Of a DNA stretch of 41,963 bases, positions 1 through 11,622 are shown piece by piece. A model generated the notes under the pieces. That model was not told the origin of the DNA and ran no database searches. It saw only the letters and a list, made by a program, of their open reading frames with translations. How positions within the stretch are numbered: the first letter of the stretch is position 1; each line of letters opens with the position of its first letter. The position numbers and the translations under genes were made by a program. Source of the stretch: Octopus bimaculoides (taxonomy: Eukaryota); NCBI RefSeq assembly GCF_001194135.2, contig NC_068983.1, positions 57,041,856 through 57,083,818 of the forward strand, written 5' to 3'.

Positions 1-338
1 ATAGTATAGTAAAGAGAAATAAACAAAATAATTAATTAATCTAGTGGAAATTCACAGGAGAGCAATAAAAATAGAAAATTAAGGAGTTATCTCCCCTATA
101 ATAACAAAGACGAAAGCTAACGAGATCCTAAGGACTTAATAATGGTTATGTATGTGTTTTTTCGTGTTTTGTCCGAAGGGTAACCACTCCTGAAGAAGTG
201 CCAAATGTCTAAATCCAATGGACCAGTCACTGGATAAGTTTGGGACAGAAATGTTAACATAGAGTGGTGAATAAATCGATATATCGAATTTGAAGTCTCT
301 GTCTCTTTTGAATATGAAAATTTAAAAGTTTAAAAACC

Positions 339-370
<32 letters not shown>

Positions 371-610
371 GGACAATCAGTAATTTGTCATTATAGTACT
401 CAGTGTGTTTCAAATGCCGGCGCGAAGAGCTACGATGCATTCTCGTCGGCTATTAATGGCAATAGACGCTATGAAAACCATTTAATAGGTAGAAAAAAAT
501 TAAAATAAATAAATAAATAAATAAAATATAAATAATACACGCAGCCATATTTACCTAATATCGAGGTTTCATTCTTTTGTTGTCACTTTTTATTACTATT
601 ATTATTATTA

Positions 611-821
611 TTGTTCAGTAGTCTTATTTTTATAACGTGCTTTCACTTCACTACCGTGCGCAGCTCTGTGCGCCTTGGGTATGTGCTGTGGTTTGCTGTG
701 ATGCTCCTATGGTTACTGTATTGAAAGTGTTTTGCGTAGGATGTGTGCAGTGCCCAGTAGTGCAATTTTCTGTATGTTATATATATTTGTAAGTCCTGGT
801 TTTTTTTGTTATGTCCTGGTG

Positions 822-826
<5 letters not shown>
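611..826 (-). mobile_element. 3' end of an RLE-type (R4/Dong-like) non-LTR retrotransposon
   Basis: Reverse strand reads ...PGLTNIYNIQKIALLGTAHILRKTLSIQ*, then a short 3' UTR and an (AAT)n tail. Close copy at 41642-41845. Confidence 0.8.
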
Positions 827-919
<93 letters not shown>

Positions 920-1123
920 TTATATTTATGTATCTATGTATTGTATGAACAAATATAAATCAAAATCTATGCATATTCCCATACACACGCACATGCATGA
1001 CTGTATATATGTGGAGCGGGGTATTACAGCCGTGGGTGTAGGCGTCTATGTAAGATTTTTGCAACTCAGTCACATGATTTTGGCTTTCCCACTGCGCAGC
1101 ACCATACCATGAACAACTATTTT

Positions 1124-1303
1124 CTAATACAGCCTCGAACTGAACAAAGTCTTATCAGTACATTTTGCAAACGGAAACCGAACGAATGTCGTATTTCCTT
1201 TGTTGCTACGTGTGTTCCTTCGGTGGTTGTAAACAATTGTTTGTAATGTTCTGGTTTCTTTCCAGTTCTTTGAGTAGACTTTGTTGAAGCATTTTCTTTT
1301 TCG
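1124..1303 (-). CDS. Isolated candidate exon, product unknown
   Basis: Strong acceptor TTTTGCTTTTATTTTCTCACAATCCAG at 1304. Two frames stay open for about 60 codons. No clear donor. Confidence 0.2.
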   Translation of the reverse strand, partial: RKRKCFNKVYSKNWKETRTLQTIVYNHRRNTRSNKGNTTFVRFPFAKCTDKTLFSSRLY

Positions 1304-1469
1304 CTGGATTGTGAGAAAATAAAAGCAAAATATGGTGATGTGCGCTGAGATCTCCATTTATACTAAATATACACACACGCAGATAACGGGATGAATATAC
1401 ATACAGACAATTGTATAACTACACACGGATAAAAGGGTAAATACACACACCATTCGATAAAGGGAAAGA

Positions 1470-2660
1470 AATTTTCTGTTGAAATTTATGATAGGCTGGC
1501 ACTAGAACATTTAAGCAATGACAGACTATATTCTAAAGTGATAGCTACAACAGCGACCAGGATTGAGGATTGAATTAACACCGCATGGACCGACATTTGT
1601 AGACGGAGAGAACTACATAGCAAATACAAGAACAACTTCATCACAAAGAACAGTAGATTACCCAGATTATGTAACCTCATTAAAACACACAAGTATAGCA
1701 ACACGATCCAGATTAGACCTATCGTCTCCAGCGTGGAAGGATCTGTATATAAAATATTCTGACTAATTTGTCACATCCTGAAACCCATACTGTCCCCAGA
1801 CCAACTCAGGCAAAACAGATATGCCTTTAGTCTTGACGTTGTCTCAATGTACACAACGGTACCAGCACACTCGGAAGTCAGCCTAATGATTGACTGCATA
1901 ATAGCGTCCAACATCCACTGCTTCGGGCTCGCCGCAGCTGATATACATCTACTATTGTCCATCACCATGGACAACACCTATTCCTCTTTTCACGATCACA
2001 TATACAAACAGACAACAGGTCTCTCCATGGGATCCAATCTCTTGGGCCTACTTGCCATCACTTATATGAACCATCTGGAACGTCGAGCACTCAATATCTG
2101 CCGTTCATGCGCCTTCTTCACCAGGTTCGTAGATGACATCCTCATACTCACACCCTCTCGTAAAGAGGCAGACAGAATATTCACGACGTTCAACAACATA
2201 AATATGAACATAAAGTTCACTATAGAACATCCCGCCAACACTGGATCACTATCGCTACTCGACTTCCAACTGAAAATAACGGAAGAAGAGGAGATCCACA
2301 CCGAGTTCTACAGGAAAGCAGCCAGTAGAGATATGTTTGTTTAGTACAGTACAGCCCTTCCACTGGGTGCCAAAATAGGAGTCGCCAGAAATGAACTTGC
2401 ACGTATCCAGAGCAAGTGCAGCAGGACAAAAGACAAGGTGACCTATACTACATGCTTCCTAGAGATATTGAAAAGCAACGGGTGTCCTAGATACATTGTA
2501 AATCGGCTTAAATACCCAAGATGACCAACACGCTGAACACACAGAAAACCCAGCAACACATGCTTCCTTAAAATACCCCATTTTAGCGAGAGAATAACTA
2601 CAGCCATCCGAAGAACCATAACAAGAGAAGGAATAGACATACATCTAGCTCATGTTATAT
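1470..2660 (+). mobile_element. Penelope-like element reverse transcriptase remnant (degenerate, GIY-YIG domain absent)
   Basis: PRLCNLIKTHK, IRPIVS, SLDVVSMYTTVP, GLSMGS, RFVDD, IKFTIE, LLDF, FYRK, then STALP..K.G...E..R....CS and NGCP, then LKIPHFSE. Contains stops, frameshifts and an internal deletion. Confidence 0.9.
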
Positions 2661-3132
2661 ATATATATATAACATTTAAGGTGGCGAGACGCAATTCTCA
2701 ACCAAAAAGGAAACAATTCGCTGCCACTAAACAGTGACGAAGGGGGTGGAGAGCACCAGCTTGCTACAAATAACAATCAAAGAACACTTTAACTACAGAA
2801 AGCACATTTTCATTTTTTTTTCTAATGAATATCAAATTTAATGCGAAATTAATATACAATTCTAATGCCACTCAATTGTGATGGGGAGGTTGTTTCCCCT
2901 GTCAGCAAATAGAAAATGTTCTTTCTGTGACAGTTTGTTGGTCAGTGTTTCACTGTAGCCTACACATATGGTTGTAGATCACATTTCTAGGTAATGTTAT
3001 AATATAAGCCTTTGTGCCCCACCCCAGTGGTTAGCGTATCTTTTTTCTCCGGACGTTTGAGTCTTGAATGTCTTTTCCGCTGGTGGTTCCGAGGTTTTCA
3101 CCCCATACACTGCATTGCGGATTCTGGCTCAA

Positions 3133-3366
3133 AGTTTATTTATTTCTTTATTGCCCACAGGGCGCTAAACATAGAACGGACAAACAAGGACAGACAAAGA
3201 GATTAAGTCGATTACATCTACCCCAGTACGTAACTGGTACTTATTTCATCGATCCCGAAATGATGAAAGGCAAAGTCGACCTCGGCAGAATTTAAACTCA
3301 GAACGTAACGGCAAACGAAATACCGCTAATCATTTTGCCCAGCGTGCTGACGCTTCTGCCAGCTCC
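3133..3366 (-). mobile_element. tRNA-headed SINE, family A monomer (tail type 1)
   Basis: Reverse complement has A/B-box-like head, core GTCGACTTTGCCTTTCATC...GATAAA..AAGTACCAG, and tail ending AAAGAAATAAATAAA. Confidence 0.8.
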
Positions 3367-3399
3367 AAAAATATTGCTGTCATCATTGTTGCGGTCGAG

Positions 3400-3780
3400 T
3401 AAGCATTGTTAAGTCCCAACACAATTCTCCTTGTGCGCTTCGGGATACACTCTTGGCAACCATTTCGCACAGAATTTACGAAAGCGGAGCTTCCCGTAAT
3501 TTATTTCGTATGCAGAACCATAACTAATGTGCAGACAACATGCCACCTCGCCGAGACTCACCCGTCGGTTCACCAGATCCATTTCTCTGTCTTGTTGAAT
3601 CTTCATGGAGGATGTTGATCATGGTGGATATTGATGGACGTCCTGCTTCCTCTACGTGCTTCCCGTTTGTCCGGCAATTTATAAACTTATCTTTCCACTC
3701 AGACACACTTTTACTCAGTAGAGCGCTAACCTCGTATTGTACTACGATAAAGCCTGCGATAGTTCAATACACCTTCAAAC
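3400..3780 (-). mobile_element. Mariner transposase N-terminal/HTH remnant
   Basis: EWKDKFINCRTNGKHVEEAGRPSIST and NRRVSLGEVACCLHISYGSAYEINYGKLRFRKFCAKWLPR (WVPR-motif region), frameshifted. Confidence 0.85.
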
Positions 3781-3829
3781 TAGAGAAATAGATCATTGAT
3801 CACTGTCCTTCCTTTGTGCGTACTTCCAG

Positions 3830-3906
3830 TGGAGCGGCTATTTTCACTCTGCAACACCGGAAAGAAAAGGGGAGCAATCAAATTTGAATCTTGGCTACAT
3901 ATCCAC
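3830..3906 (+). CDS. Isolated candidate exon (77 nt)
   Basis: Acceptor CTTTGTGCGTACTTCCAG and donor AC|GTGAGT. Two frames open: VERLFSLCNTGKKRGAIKFESWLHIH or WSGYFHSATPERKGEQSNLNLGYIS. Confidence 0.25.
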
Positions 3907-4564
3907 GTGAGTACCACTGTTATATATATATATATATATATATNNNNNNNNNNNNNNNNNNNNNNNNNNNNNNNNNNNNNNNNNNNNNNNNNNNNNNNNN
4001 NNNNNNNNNNNNNNNNNNNNNNNNNNNNNNNNNNNNNNNNNNNNNNNNNNNNNNNNNNNNNNNNNNNNNNNNNNNNNNNNNNNNNNNNNNNNNNNNNNNN
4101 NNNNNNNNNNNNNNNNNNNNNNNNNNNNNNNNNNNNNNNNNNNNNNNNNNNNNNNNNNNNNNNNNNNNNNNNNNNNNNNNNNNNNNNNNNNNNNNNNNNN
4201 NNNNNNNNNNNNNNNNNNNNNNNNNNNNNNNNNNNNNNNNNNNNNNNNNNNNNNNNNNNNNNNNNNNNNNNNNNNNNNNNNNNNNNNNNNNNNNNNNNNN
4301 NNNNNNNNNNNNNNNNNNNNNNNNNNNNNNNNNNNNNNNNNNNNNNNNNNNNNNNNNNNNNNNNNNNNNNNNNNNNNNNNNNNNNNNNNNNNNNNNNNNN
4401 NNNNNNNNNNNNNNNNNNNNNNNNNNNNNNNNNNNNNNNNNNNNNNNNNNNNNNNNNNNNNNNNNNNNNNNNNNNNNNNNNNNNNNNNNNNNNNNNNNNN
4501 NNNNNNNNNNNNNNNNNNNNNNNNNNNNNNNNNNNNNNNNNNNNNNNNNNNNNNNNNNNNNNNN

Positions 4565-4598
<34 letters not shown>

Positions 4599-4599
4599 C

Positions 4600-4885
4600 A
4601 TGTGATCATGTGATCCACCAGACAATCAGATGGTGCTATCCATCTCTGATTACAATGCACGTTCTATCTATTTAGCTCTTGAATGATGCCACCCCGATGG
4701 TTAGCCGAGCAGGCCAGTATTCCCTCCGATCTGAAAGCTAGTCCGTTGCAGGGTCACCTATTTACAGCTGATTGAACCGGGAACAATGTGAAATAAAGTG
4801 TTTTTTCCCAAGAACACGACGCGCCACTCGGCTTGGAAATCGAACCAACGACCTAGCAACACCATGACCACTAGGCTAGGCTACC
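4600..4885 (-). mobile_element. tRNA-headed SINE (other family)
   Basis: Reverse complement has B-box-like GGTTCGATTTCC, then TTCTTGGGAAAAAACACTTTATTTCACATTG core and ATCACATG tail repeats. Confidence 0.65.
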
Positions 4886-5477
4886 AACACACACACACAC
4901 ACACACACACATGCCCGTATACATAGCGATTTGCAATGGAAATAACGTTGCCTTCACATTGAGCCATGGTCGTAACGAGGCTGTGTATTCTATTAATGAA
5001 CTGAAATCAATTCTATGATAAAAGTACTGTTGTACAATCTACTCCAGATTTGTTCTTTGAAAGCAAACCCAAATAGCATATTTTAAATCATTTATTCTGA
5101 AGCTTTAGTAGTGTTGCATTAGTGATTTTGTCTTCAATATCACACTATGCCATTTGCTATTATCAAAATAAACAAACACCTAGGTTTAGATCAAAAACAT
5201 CTTTCACCATCTACGTTTTTACACATTCGCCGAAAAGTGTGAACATCACAGCTTGAATGAGGACCTAACTTGACAACATTAGAAAACACCTACGAATATT
5301 TCCTTTGTTTCCCTAGGGAAAATTTTAATGTAACACCTAATACGGTGTATTAAAACAATAATAACCGCTTTTCCTTAAGTGCGTCGTAAGTCACGTTCTC
5401 TCCCGAGCTATATGATGAAACGAAACAAATATTTCTCTCTCTCTTTCCCTTCCTCTCTCTCTTTATTTCTCTCCTTT

Positions 5478-5512
<35 letters not shown>

Positions 5513-6004
5513 NNNNNNNNNNNNNNNNNNNNNNNNNNNNNNNNNNNNNNNNNNNNNNNNNNNNNNNNNNNNNNNNNNNNNNNNNNNNNNNNNNNNNNNN
5601 NNNNNNNNNNNNNNNNNNNNNNNNNNNNNNNNNNNNNNNNNNNNNNNNNNNNNNNNNNNNNNNNNNNNNNNNNNNNNNNNNNNNNNNNNNNNNNNNNNNN
5701 NNNNNNNNNNNNNNNNNNNNNNNNNNNNNNNNNNNNNNNNNNNNNNNNNNNNNNNNNNNNNNNNNNNNNNNNNNNNNNNNNNNNNNNNNNNNNNNNNNNN
5801 NNNNNNNNNNNNNNNNNNNNNNNNNNNNNNNNNNNNNNNNNNNNNNNNNNNNNNNNNNNNNNNNNNNNNNNNNNNNNNTATATATATATATATATATTTA
5901 TTTTTTTAGAGAGATAGAGAGATATGTATGTATGTATATATGTATGTATATATATTCCTGTATACTGCGATAGAGAGAAGATTTGTACGAAGTTCATATA
6001 TTTC

Positions 6005-6039
<35 letters not shown>

Positions 6040-6073
6040 CTCTCACGTTCTCTCTCTTCCTCTCTGTCTGAAC

Positions 6074-6115
<42 letters not shown>

Positions 6116-7077
6116 CTGTATGTCTGTATATATGTATGTATGTACGTATGTATATATGTATGTATGCACGTATGTATGTATGTATATTTCAAAAATTTCA
6201 AATAGTCGTTTTTCACAGAAATATTTAAGTAAATCACGTTAATTACAATTCTCAAGAATGTTTGCCAAGAAAAAAAAAAAAAAAAAAAAAAAANNNNNNN
6301 NNNNNNNNNNNNNNNNNNNNNNNNNNNNNNNNNNNNNNNNNNNNNNNNNNNNNNNNNNNNNNNNNNNNNNNNNNNNNNNNNNNNNNNNNNNNNNNNNNNN
6401 NNNNNNNNNNNNNNNNNNNNNNNNNNNNNNNNNNNNNNNNNNNNNNNNNNNNNNNNNNNNNNNNNNNNNNNNNNNNNNNNNNNNNNNNNNNNNNNNNNNN
6501 NNNNNNNNNNNNNNNNNNNNNNNNNNNNNNNNNNNNNNNNNNNNNNNNNNNNNNNNNNNNNNNNNNNNNNNNNNNNNNNNNNNNNNNNNNNNNNNNNNNN
6601 NNNNNNNNNNNNNNNNNNNNNNNNNNNNNNNNNNNNNNNNNNNNNNNNNNNNNNNNNNNNNNNNNNNNNNNNNNNNNNNNNNNNNNNNNNNNNNNNNNNN
6701 NNNNNNNNNNNNNNNNNNNNNNNNNNNNNNNNNNNNNNNNNNNNNNNNNNNNNNNNNNNNNNNNNNNNNNNNNNNNNNNNNNNNNNNNNNNNNNNNNNNN
6801 NNNNNNNNNNNNNNNNNNNNNNNNNNNNNNNNNNNNNNNNNNNNNNNNNNNNNNNNNNNNNNNNNNNNNNNNNNNNNNNNNNNNNNNNNNNNNNNNNNNN
6901 NNNNNNNNNNNNNNNNNNNNNNNNNNNNNNNNNNNNNNNNNNNNNNNNNNNNNNNNNNNNNNNNNNNNNNNNNNNNNNNNNNNNNNNNNNNNNNNNNNNN
7001 NNNNNNNNNNNNNNNNNNNNNNNNNNNNNNNNNNNNNNNNNNNNNNNNNNNNNNNNNNNNNNNNNNNNNNNNNNNNN

Positions 7078-7119
<42 letters not shown>

Positions 7120-7135
7120 CGTATATATGGGTGAA

Positions 7136-7863
7136 GGACGTCAACAACTGTAAACAACATGAAGTAGGAAAACAAACGATTTAAATGTGCAAACAACGAG
7201 GTAAAGATGGAAAACAGGTCAAGTAACATAAAGAACGACCTTCATCAGTTGTCGGCTGTCTATCTACTCCTCATTTCGAGCATTCAATGACAATACGAGT
7301 CTTTGAAGACAGTTGCTTCCGTAACTTCCAAAATGAAATTTTGGATTTTATGGCGGGTCAAATTTGGGAACAAAAACAGGACAGTGGAAACACATGGAAA
7401 CTGAGCGGAAACAAACATGGTGGGTTGTTAGACCAGAACGAGGGGAAAATAGTGAACGCTGAGAGAAATAATTTCTTTTCAAAGAGAAAAGATAAAAATG
7501 AGAGATAGGCGTTTCCAGTCCTTTGAACGGCAGTGCAGGAAAAGAAAGACGGTCACATGACTATCGTCCATCTTTCTTTTCCTCAGGTGACCATCATTCC
7601 TTGTATGTCTCCACTGTTATGCTTTTGTTCTAAACTTTGACCCTCCATGAAATGCAAAATCTTATTTTGGAAGTTATGCGAGCAACTGACTTGGAAGACT
7701 CATATTGTTGTTGAATGTTCGAAATGAAGAGTAGATAGACAGCCGACAACTGATGAAGGATCATTCTTTCTGTTATCTGACCTGTTTTCCATCTTTTTCT
7801 TATTGTTTGCATATTTAACTCGTTTGTTTTCGTACTTCATGTTATTTACAGTTGTTGACGTCC
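7136..7863. repeat. Long inverted repeat (arms about 265 bp, spacer about 196 bp)
   Basis: 7136-7400 (GGACGTCAACAACTGTAAA...) is the reverse complement of 7597-7863 (...TTTACAGTTGTTGACGTCC), roughly 80% identical by eye. Confidence 0.9.
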
Positions 7864-8610
7864 TCTATCCATATATGCATATATCCTCTTCCAAGTAAGT
7901 TTTATCTTAATAATTATGATGCGCACTCTATACGATCTTTTTACTCTTTCGTTTCTCTCTCTTAATCTTTTGCCTCCGCTTCTCGCACTGTTCTATCCTA
8001 TTACTCTATCCTATTATTCTATCCTATTACTCCTCTTTTGCTCACGAGGCTCCCACGTGACCATCGATCATCTTTCTTTCTTCTAACTTGTGTTTCTTTC
8101 TTTCTCTCCGTTGTAGCTGGAACAAGGAAGACGTATTCTTGTCTGTCTCCTGTCCAAGCTTGATTTACGCATTCGTCACCACAACCTCGTTTAGGCCCTT
8201 CCTGTTTGTTTTCACTGTCCTGTTTGTGTTACCAATTTTGTTGTTATTATTATTCTTTTTAGCTCTTGCATGCGTAGCGGGCTTTCTGCCTGCAGCCTGC
8301 AGCCTACGGTATCATGATCTCAGTTCTTTTCAGCTAATTCATTCCTGATTATTCTCGCCAAACCAAGGGGGAAAACCTTTTGTAACAGTTCTACTGTCCC
8401 CAAAGACCTAACAACTATTGACACTATTTTCACCTTCTTCATCTTCCATAGCCAAGCTATTTCATACTTAAGAGGATTGTATATATCAGACAGACAAACA
8501 GACAGTCACACAGTCAGGCAGAGAGACTGACAGAGGACGGTTCAACAGATCGATAGATAGGTGAATACGCACATCTATACATCCATATATAGATAACTGG
8601 ACAGACTGAG

Positions 8611-8649
<39 letters not shown>

Positions 8650-8854
8650 AGGAAAGAAAGAAAGAAAGAGGTGACATGCCATCTGTAATGTGGTGGAGAT
8701 CTTGAGACTATCGTGATAGTATTAGAAATTGTAAACCTTTATGCTGCTTGTCGGTCACCAATTGCAAATCCAATCTCTTCTGCCAATCTGCAATTACATT
8801 ATTTACATAGTATAACAGTATTTCATAATTGAATATCTAAGAATTAACTTTAAC

Positions 8855-8954
8855 ATCGTTTCTCAGGAACTCAGGTGCAAATCAAATAAAAGTACTGCTT
8901 GCGCTGTAACAATCTCCATTAACAGTCTTCCGACAGAGTAAGAAGGTATAAAAT
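8855..8954 (-). pseudogene. Exon with kinase subdomain IX-like motif
   Basis: Acceptor TTAATTACAG. xFIPSYSVGRLLMEIVTAQAVLLFDLHLSS*; YS.G.LL.E.VT resembles the D-x-Y/W-S-x-G-x-x-L-x-E motif. 3' end uncertain. Confidence 0.45.
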
Positions 8955-9377
8955 CTGTAATTAACCGGTTGTAAGTCGAGATTTAGATGCTCGAATAGTT
9001 AGGCATTTCACAACATTAAATAGTTGAGGATATAATTATTTCTAAGTTAGTTAGATGTAGTATATTTTGCTGAGAACATAACTGCAACTTCGTACGTATA
9101 TTAATGCTATTTCCAAAGACATGCTTATAGCTATTCTGAAAACAACATTCTTTTCTAACCGTTGAAATTAAGCAATAATGAAGCTTGCGTATTACTTAAA
9201 TACATGAAGTTCTCGGTGACTCATGCATGAAATGAACTTTTACGTGATTTGGCGCAAAGCCAAGTCCTGGCAAACCCAAATTTATGACCTGATTTTAACT
9301 AATTTGTTTTCGCAGATGTCATCAGTTTTAGTAATATTGTTAAAAGTCTTTAGAAAAGCATAAATGCCATAACTTAC

Positions 9378-9551
9378 ATTTTCCTTTCCCCTATGCATTT
9401 ATACATCTTAATTATGGAGTCTATGTGTAAATTTCTTATTGTATTACCGTAAATGGGTTGTTTGATATTTCTATCGATATAATATTTCGGGTAAGATACC
9501 ACTTTTTAAATAGAGGTGAGAAACTATATATTTCGGAGTATTGTGTTGTTA
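9378..9551 (-). pseudogene. Exon with degenerate catalytic-loop-like segment (phase 2-2, two stops)
   Basis: CTAACAG acceptor and AT|GTAAGT donor. NNTILRNI*FLTSI*KVVSYPKYYIDRNIKQPIYGNTIRNLHIDSIIKMYKCIGERK. Confidence 0.45.
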
Positions 9552-9621
9552 CTGTTAGATTACACTAGAATGGCCTATCGGCAACAACACATTTATCCTA
9601 ACTCGTAGATTATTATCTTAC

Positions 9622-9800
9622 CTCAATTTTAAAAGATGTATCTTTCCCGAAATATCATAGGATAATTGAACACCCCTCAGACGATATAACATATTTTCTC
9701 TGTTTTCATTTATTGATATCATTATTGATATCACCTTGCACATTTTACCTAAATCTTCATCTCCATTGCTCAGATGTTTATACACTTCGCATTTTCTTTA
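9622..9800 (-). pseudogene. Candidate exon, kinase N-lobe position
   Basis: 58-codon open frame RKCEVYKHLSNGDEDLGKMCKVISIMISINENRENMLYRLRGVQLSYDISGKIHLLKL ending at AG|GTAAGA. Phase 2 matches the next exon. 5' boundary unresolved. Confidence 0.4.
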
Positions 9801-10054
9801 TTTTCTTTTGAATTACCAACAAAAGTATTCTACTTAATCATTTCGTTTATAATCACAATAATAAGGAACAGCATAATTTAATTTCGTTTTCTCTGTTTCT
9901 CAGATATAGATAACATAAAATACTTCATAAGGTTTCCATTATATTTCAACATCTTTCACTTATTTCATTTTACGTCAATTAGAAAATTTTAATTAAGGAC
10001 AAATAAAGGCGTAGTCAGTGGATGAGTTATTAAAAAATAAACGTGTATATATAC

Positions 10055-10102
<48 letters not shown>

Positions 10103-10112
10103 ATAAATGTGC

Positions 10113-10157
<45 letters not shown>

Positions 10158-10431
10158 CATATACTTACTTACATACATACATACATTATAAATACGTACA
10201 CATACATAAATGAATAATTTTCAAATTCGTGAAAGGCTCCATACATTAGAATTAGAAGACATTTCTGAAAGTGCTGCACAGATGATCGGGGAATTGCGAT
10301 TATTCTAGCTTGCATTCAATCGCTGAGTCGTGGTAGATACCTGTAAGACTGCAACGAAATGTCCTCCTTCAGTTTGTGAGCAAAACTTAATTCTAGTCTT
10401 GATTTGCACTGAATGTACAATATACACTCAC

Positions 10432-10557
10432 TATTTTTCTCCCTGAATTCATTCTAGACCAGTAGCCAATTAAGGTGAGACAAATGGAGATATAGGAGAT
10501 GTGAAATGCGATTGCGAAAGTAATCAATGCGCCTCAGCAGCCATGATCATTCAGAGT
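10432..10557 (-). pseudogene. Transmembrane exon (126 nt, phase 0-0, one TGA)
   Basis: TTTCATGCAG acceptor and ATA|GTGAGT donor. TLNDHGC*GALITFAIAFHISYISICLTLIGYWSRMNSGRKI. Confidence 0.6.
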
Positions 10558-10619
10558 CTGCATGAAATTCACTGTTCACATGCTTATCGAACAATTTCAT
10601 CTACAGCAGGGGTTCTCAC

Positions 10620-10770
10620 GTATTTATTTTTTGTCTATGGGCTCCTTTGGTTACGTTTTTTTTTTACTCTGCTGGAGTCTATCGCCAGTCGATGTTTAAA
10701 AACTAGTTTCATAGAAACTTCTTTCAAAATTCCTATTTTGGTTTTCACACATTAAGATGTGTAGGTTGAA
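10620..10770 (-). pseudogene. Juxtamembrane exon with a 2-nt frameshift and one stop
   Basis: Strong acceptor TTTCTTTCTCTAACATTTTACATAG and AC|GTGAGA donor. Removing one TG from GTGTG gives VQPTHLNVKTKIGILKEVSMKLVFKHRLAIDSSRVKKKRNQRSP*TKNKY with correct phases at both ends. Confidence 0.4.
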
Positions 10771-10849
10771 CTATGTAAAATGTTAGAGAAAGAAACCAAG
10801 CTGTTTCTTGCAATACATACATCTAAAGCAACATTTAAAACAAATTTAC

Positions 10850-10929
10850 CCTTAAAATACAACTGCCGGCCCAATTTACTATTTTGATGTGTGGGAGCTT
10901 TAGAAATTAATATTTTGATATTTTAAGAA
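10850..10929 (-). pseudogene. Exon (80 nt, phase 2-1, one TAA)
   Basis: Acceptor TTTTAATTTAATTTTGCGCTTCTTAG and AGG|GTAAAT donor. S*NIKILISKAPTHQNSKLGRQLYFK. Confidence 0.4.
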
Positions 10930-10990
10930 CTAAGAAGCGCAAAATTAAATTAAAAAGGCCCGATTACCTTTTTTCAAATCCCAAACTTAC

Positions 10991-11056
10991 CAAACTTTCA
11001 CATCAAAATTCCCTTCTTTGTATGCCTTCTTGTTCCTTGTGTTTTAACAAAACTCA
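10991..11056 (-). pseudogene. Exon (66 nt, phase 2-2, one TAA)
   Basis: TTTTTTTTATATCTACAG acceptor and TTG|GTAAGT donor. EFC*NTRNKKAYKEGNFDVKV. Confidence 0.45.
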
Positions 11057-11250
11057 CTGTAGATATAAAAAAAACATTTTAGGACTACGTGAAGTATTTG
11101 TAAATCGAGAGGCAAAGATGATTTAATATTCGTTCGCTCCATGTTTTTTTCAGTTGTTTATCTGAATTTATATTAAGAAGCACTGACTACAAAATGCACG
11201 AAAAAAACTTTCTATGTTCTGGTATTTTTGTATTTGTCTTTGGTATTCTA

Positions 11251-11622
11251 TTACAGCACGAGTATTATTGTTGTTAGTAATTTTGATATAACATGTTGTC
11301 TGTTATATTTCCTTTTATAGAAAGAAATATATTTACTAATAGCTTTAATTTTAGCAATATAATCATTTTTCTCCGGAATAACGTACTTGTTAATTTTATC
11401 ACAAGTTCTTAAGATTAATCTACACTTATAACAGAATTCATTTCCTATTATCTTTAGTCTGAGGGAACGCAATTTTCCTCTGACGTGTGTTAGCCTCCAT
11501 TTACAAACGTCTGAATCTAATAGACATTTTAGTTTTTCATTAGTAGCTATGTGTTTCTGATCTTGTAATTTCTACGTTTTAACATATTCTACTATCTTTA
11601 GGTTTAATACGACTTTTTGGCC
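11251..11622 (-). pseudogene. Large ectodomain exon with a single TAG at 11574-11572
   Basis: Acceptor TTAATTTCTTTAATTCAG, then 124 codons with one internal stop: GQKVVLNLKIVEYVKT*KLQDQKHIATNEKLKCLLDSDVCKWRL...YIAKIKAISKY... True donor unresolved. Confidence 0.55.

Noticed and set aside
7230-7790. CTGATGA motifs in the inverted-repeat arms as hammerheads
   Set aside because: No stem II followed by GAAA.
11120-11135. Minus-strand WSER as a cytokine-receptor WSxWS motif
   Set aside because: The second Trp is absent, spacing from the domain start is too short, and the frame is not linked.
8680-11622. Idea that all stop codons are rescued by A-to-I editing to Trp
   Set aside because: Any stop can formally become UGG, so the pattern is uninformative. 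Frameshifts also occur, and Trp does not obviously fit most positions.
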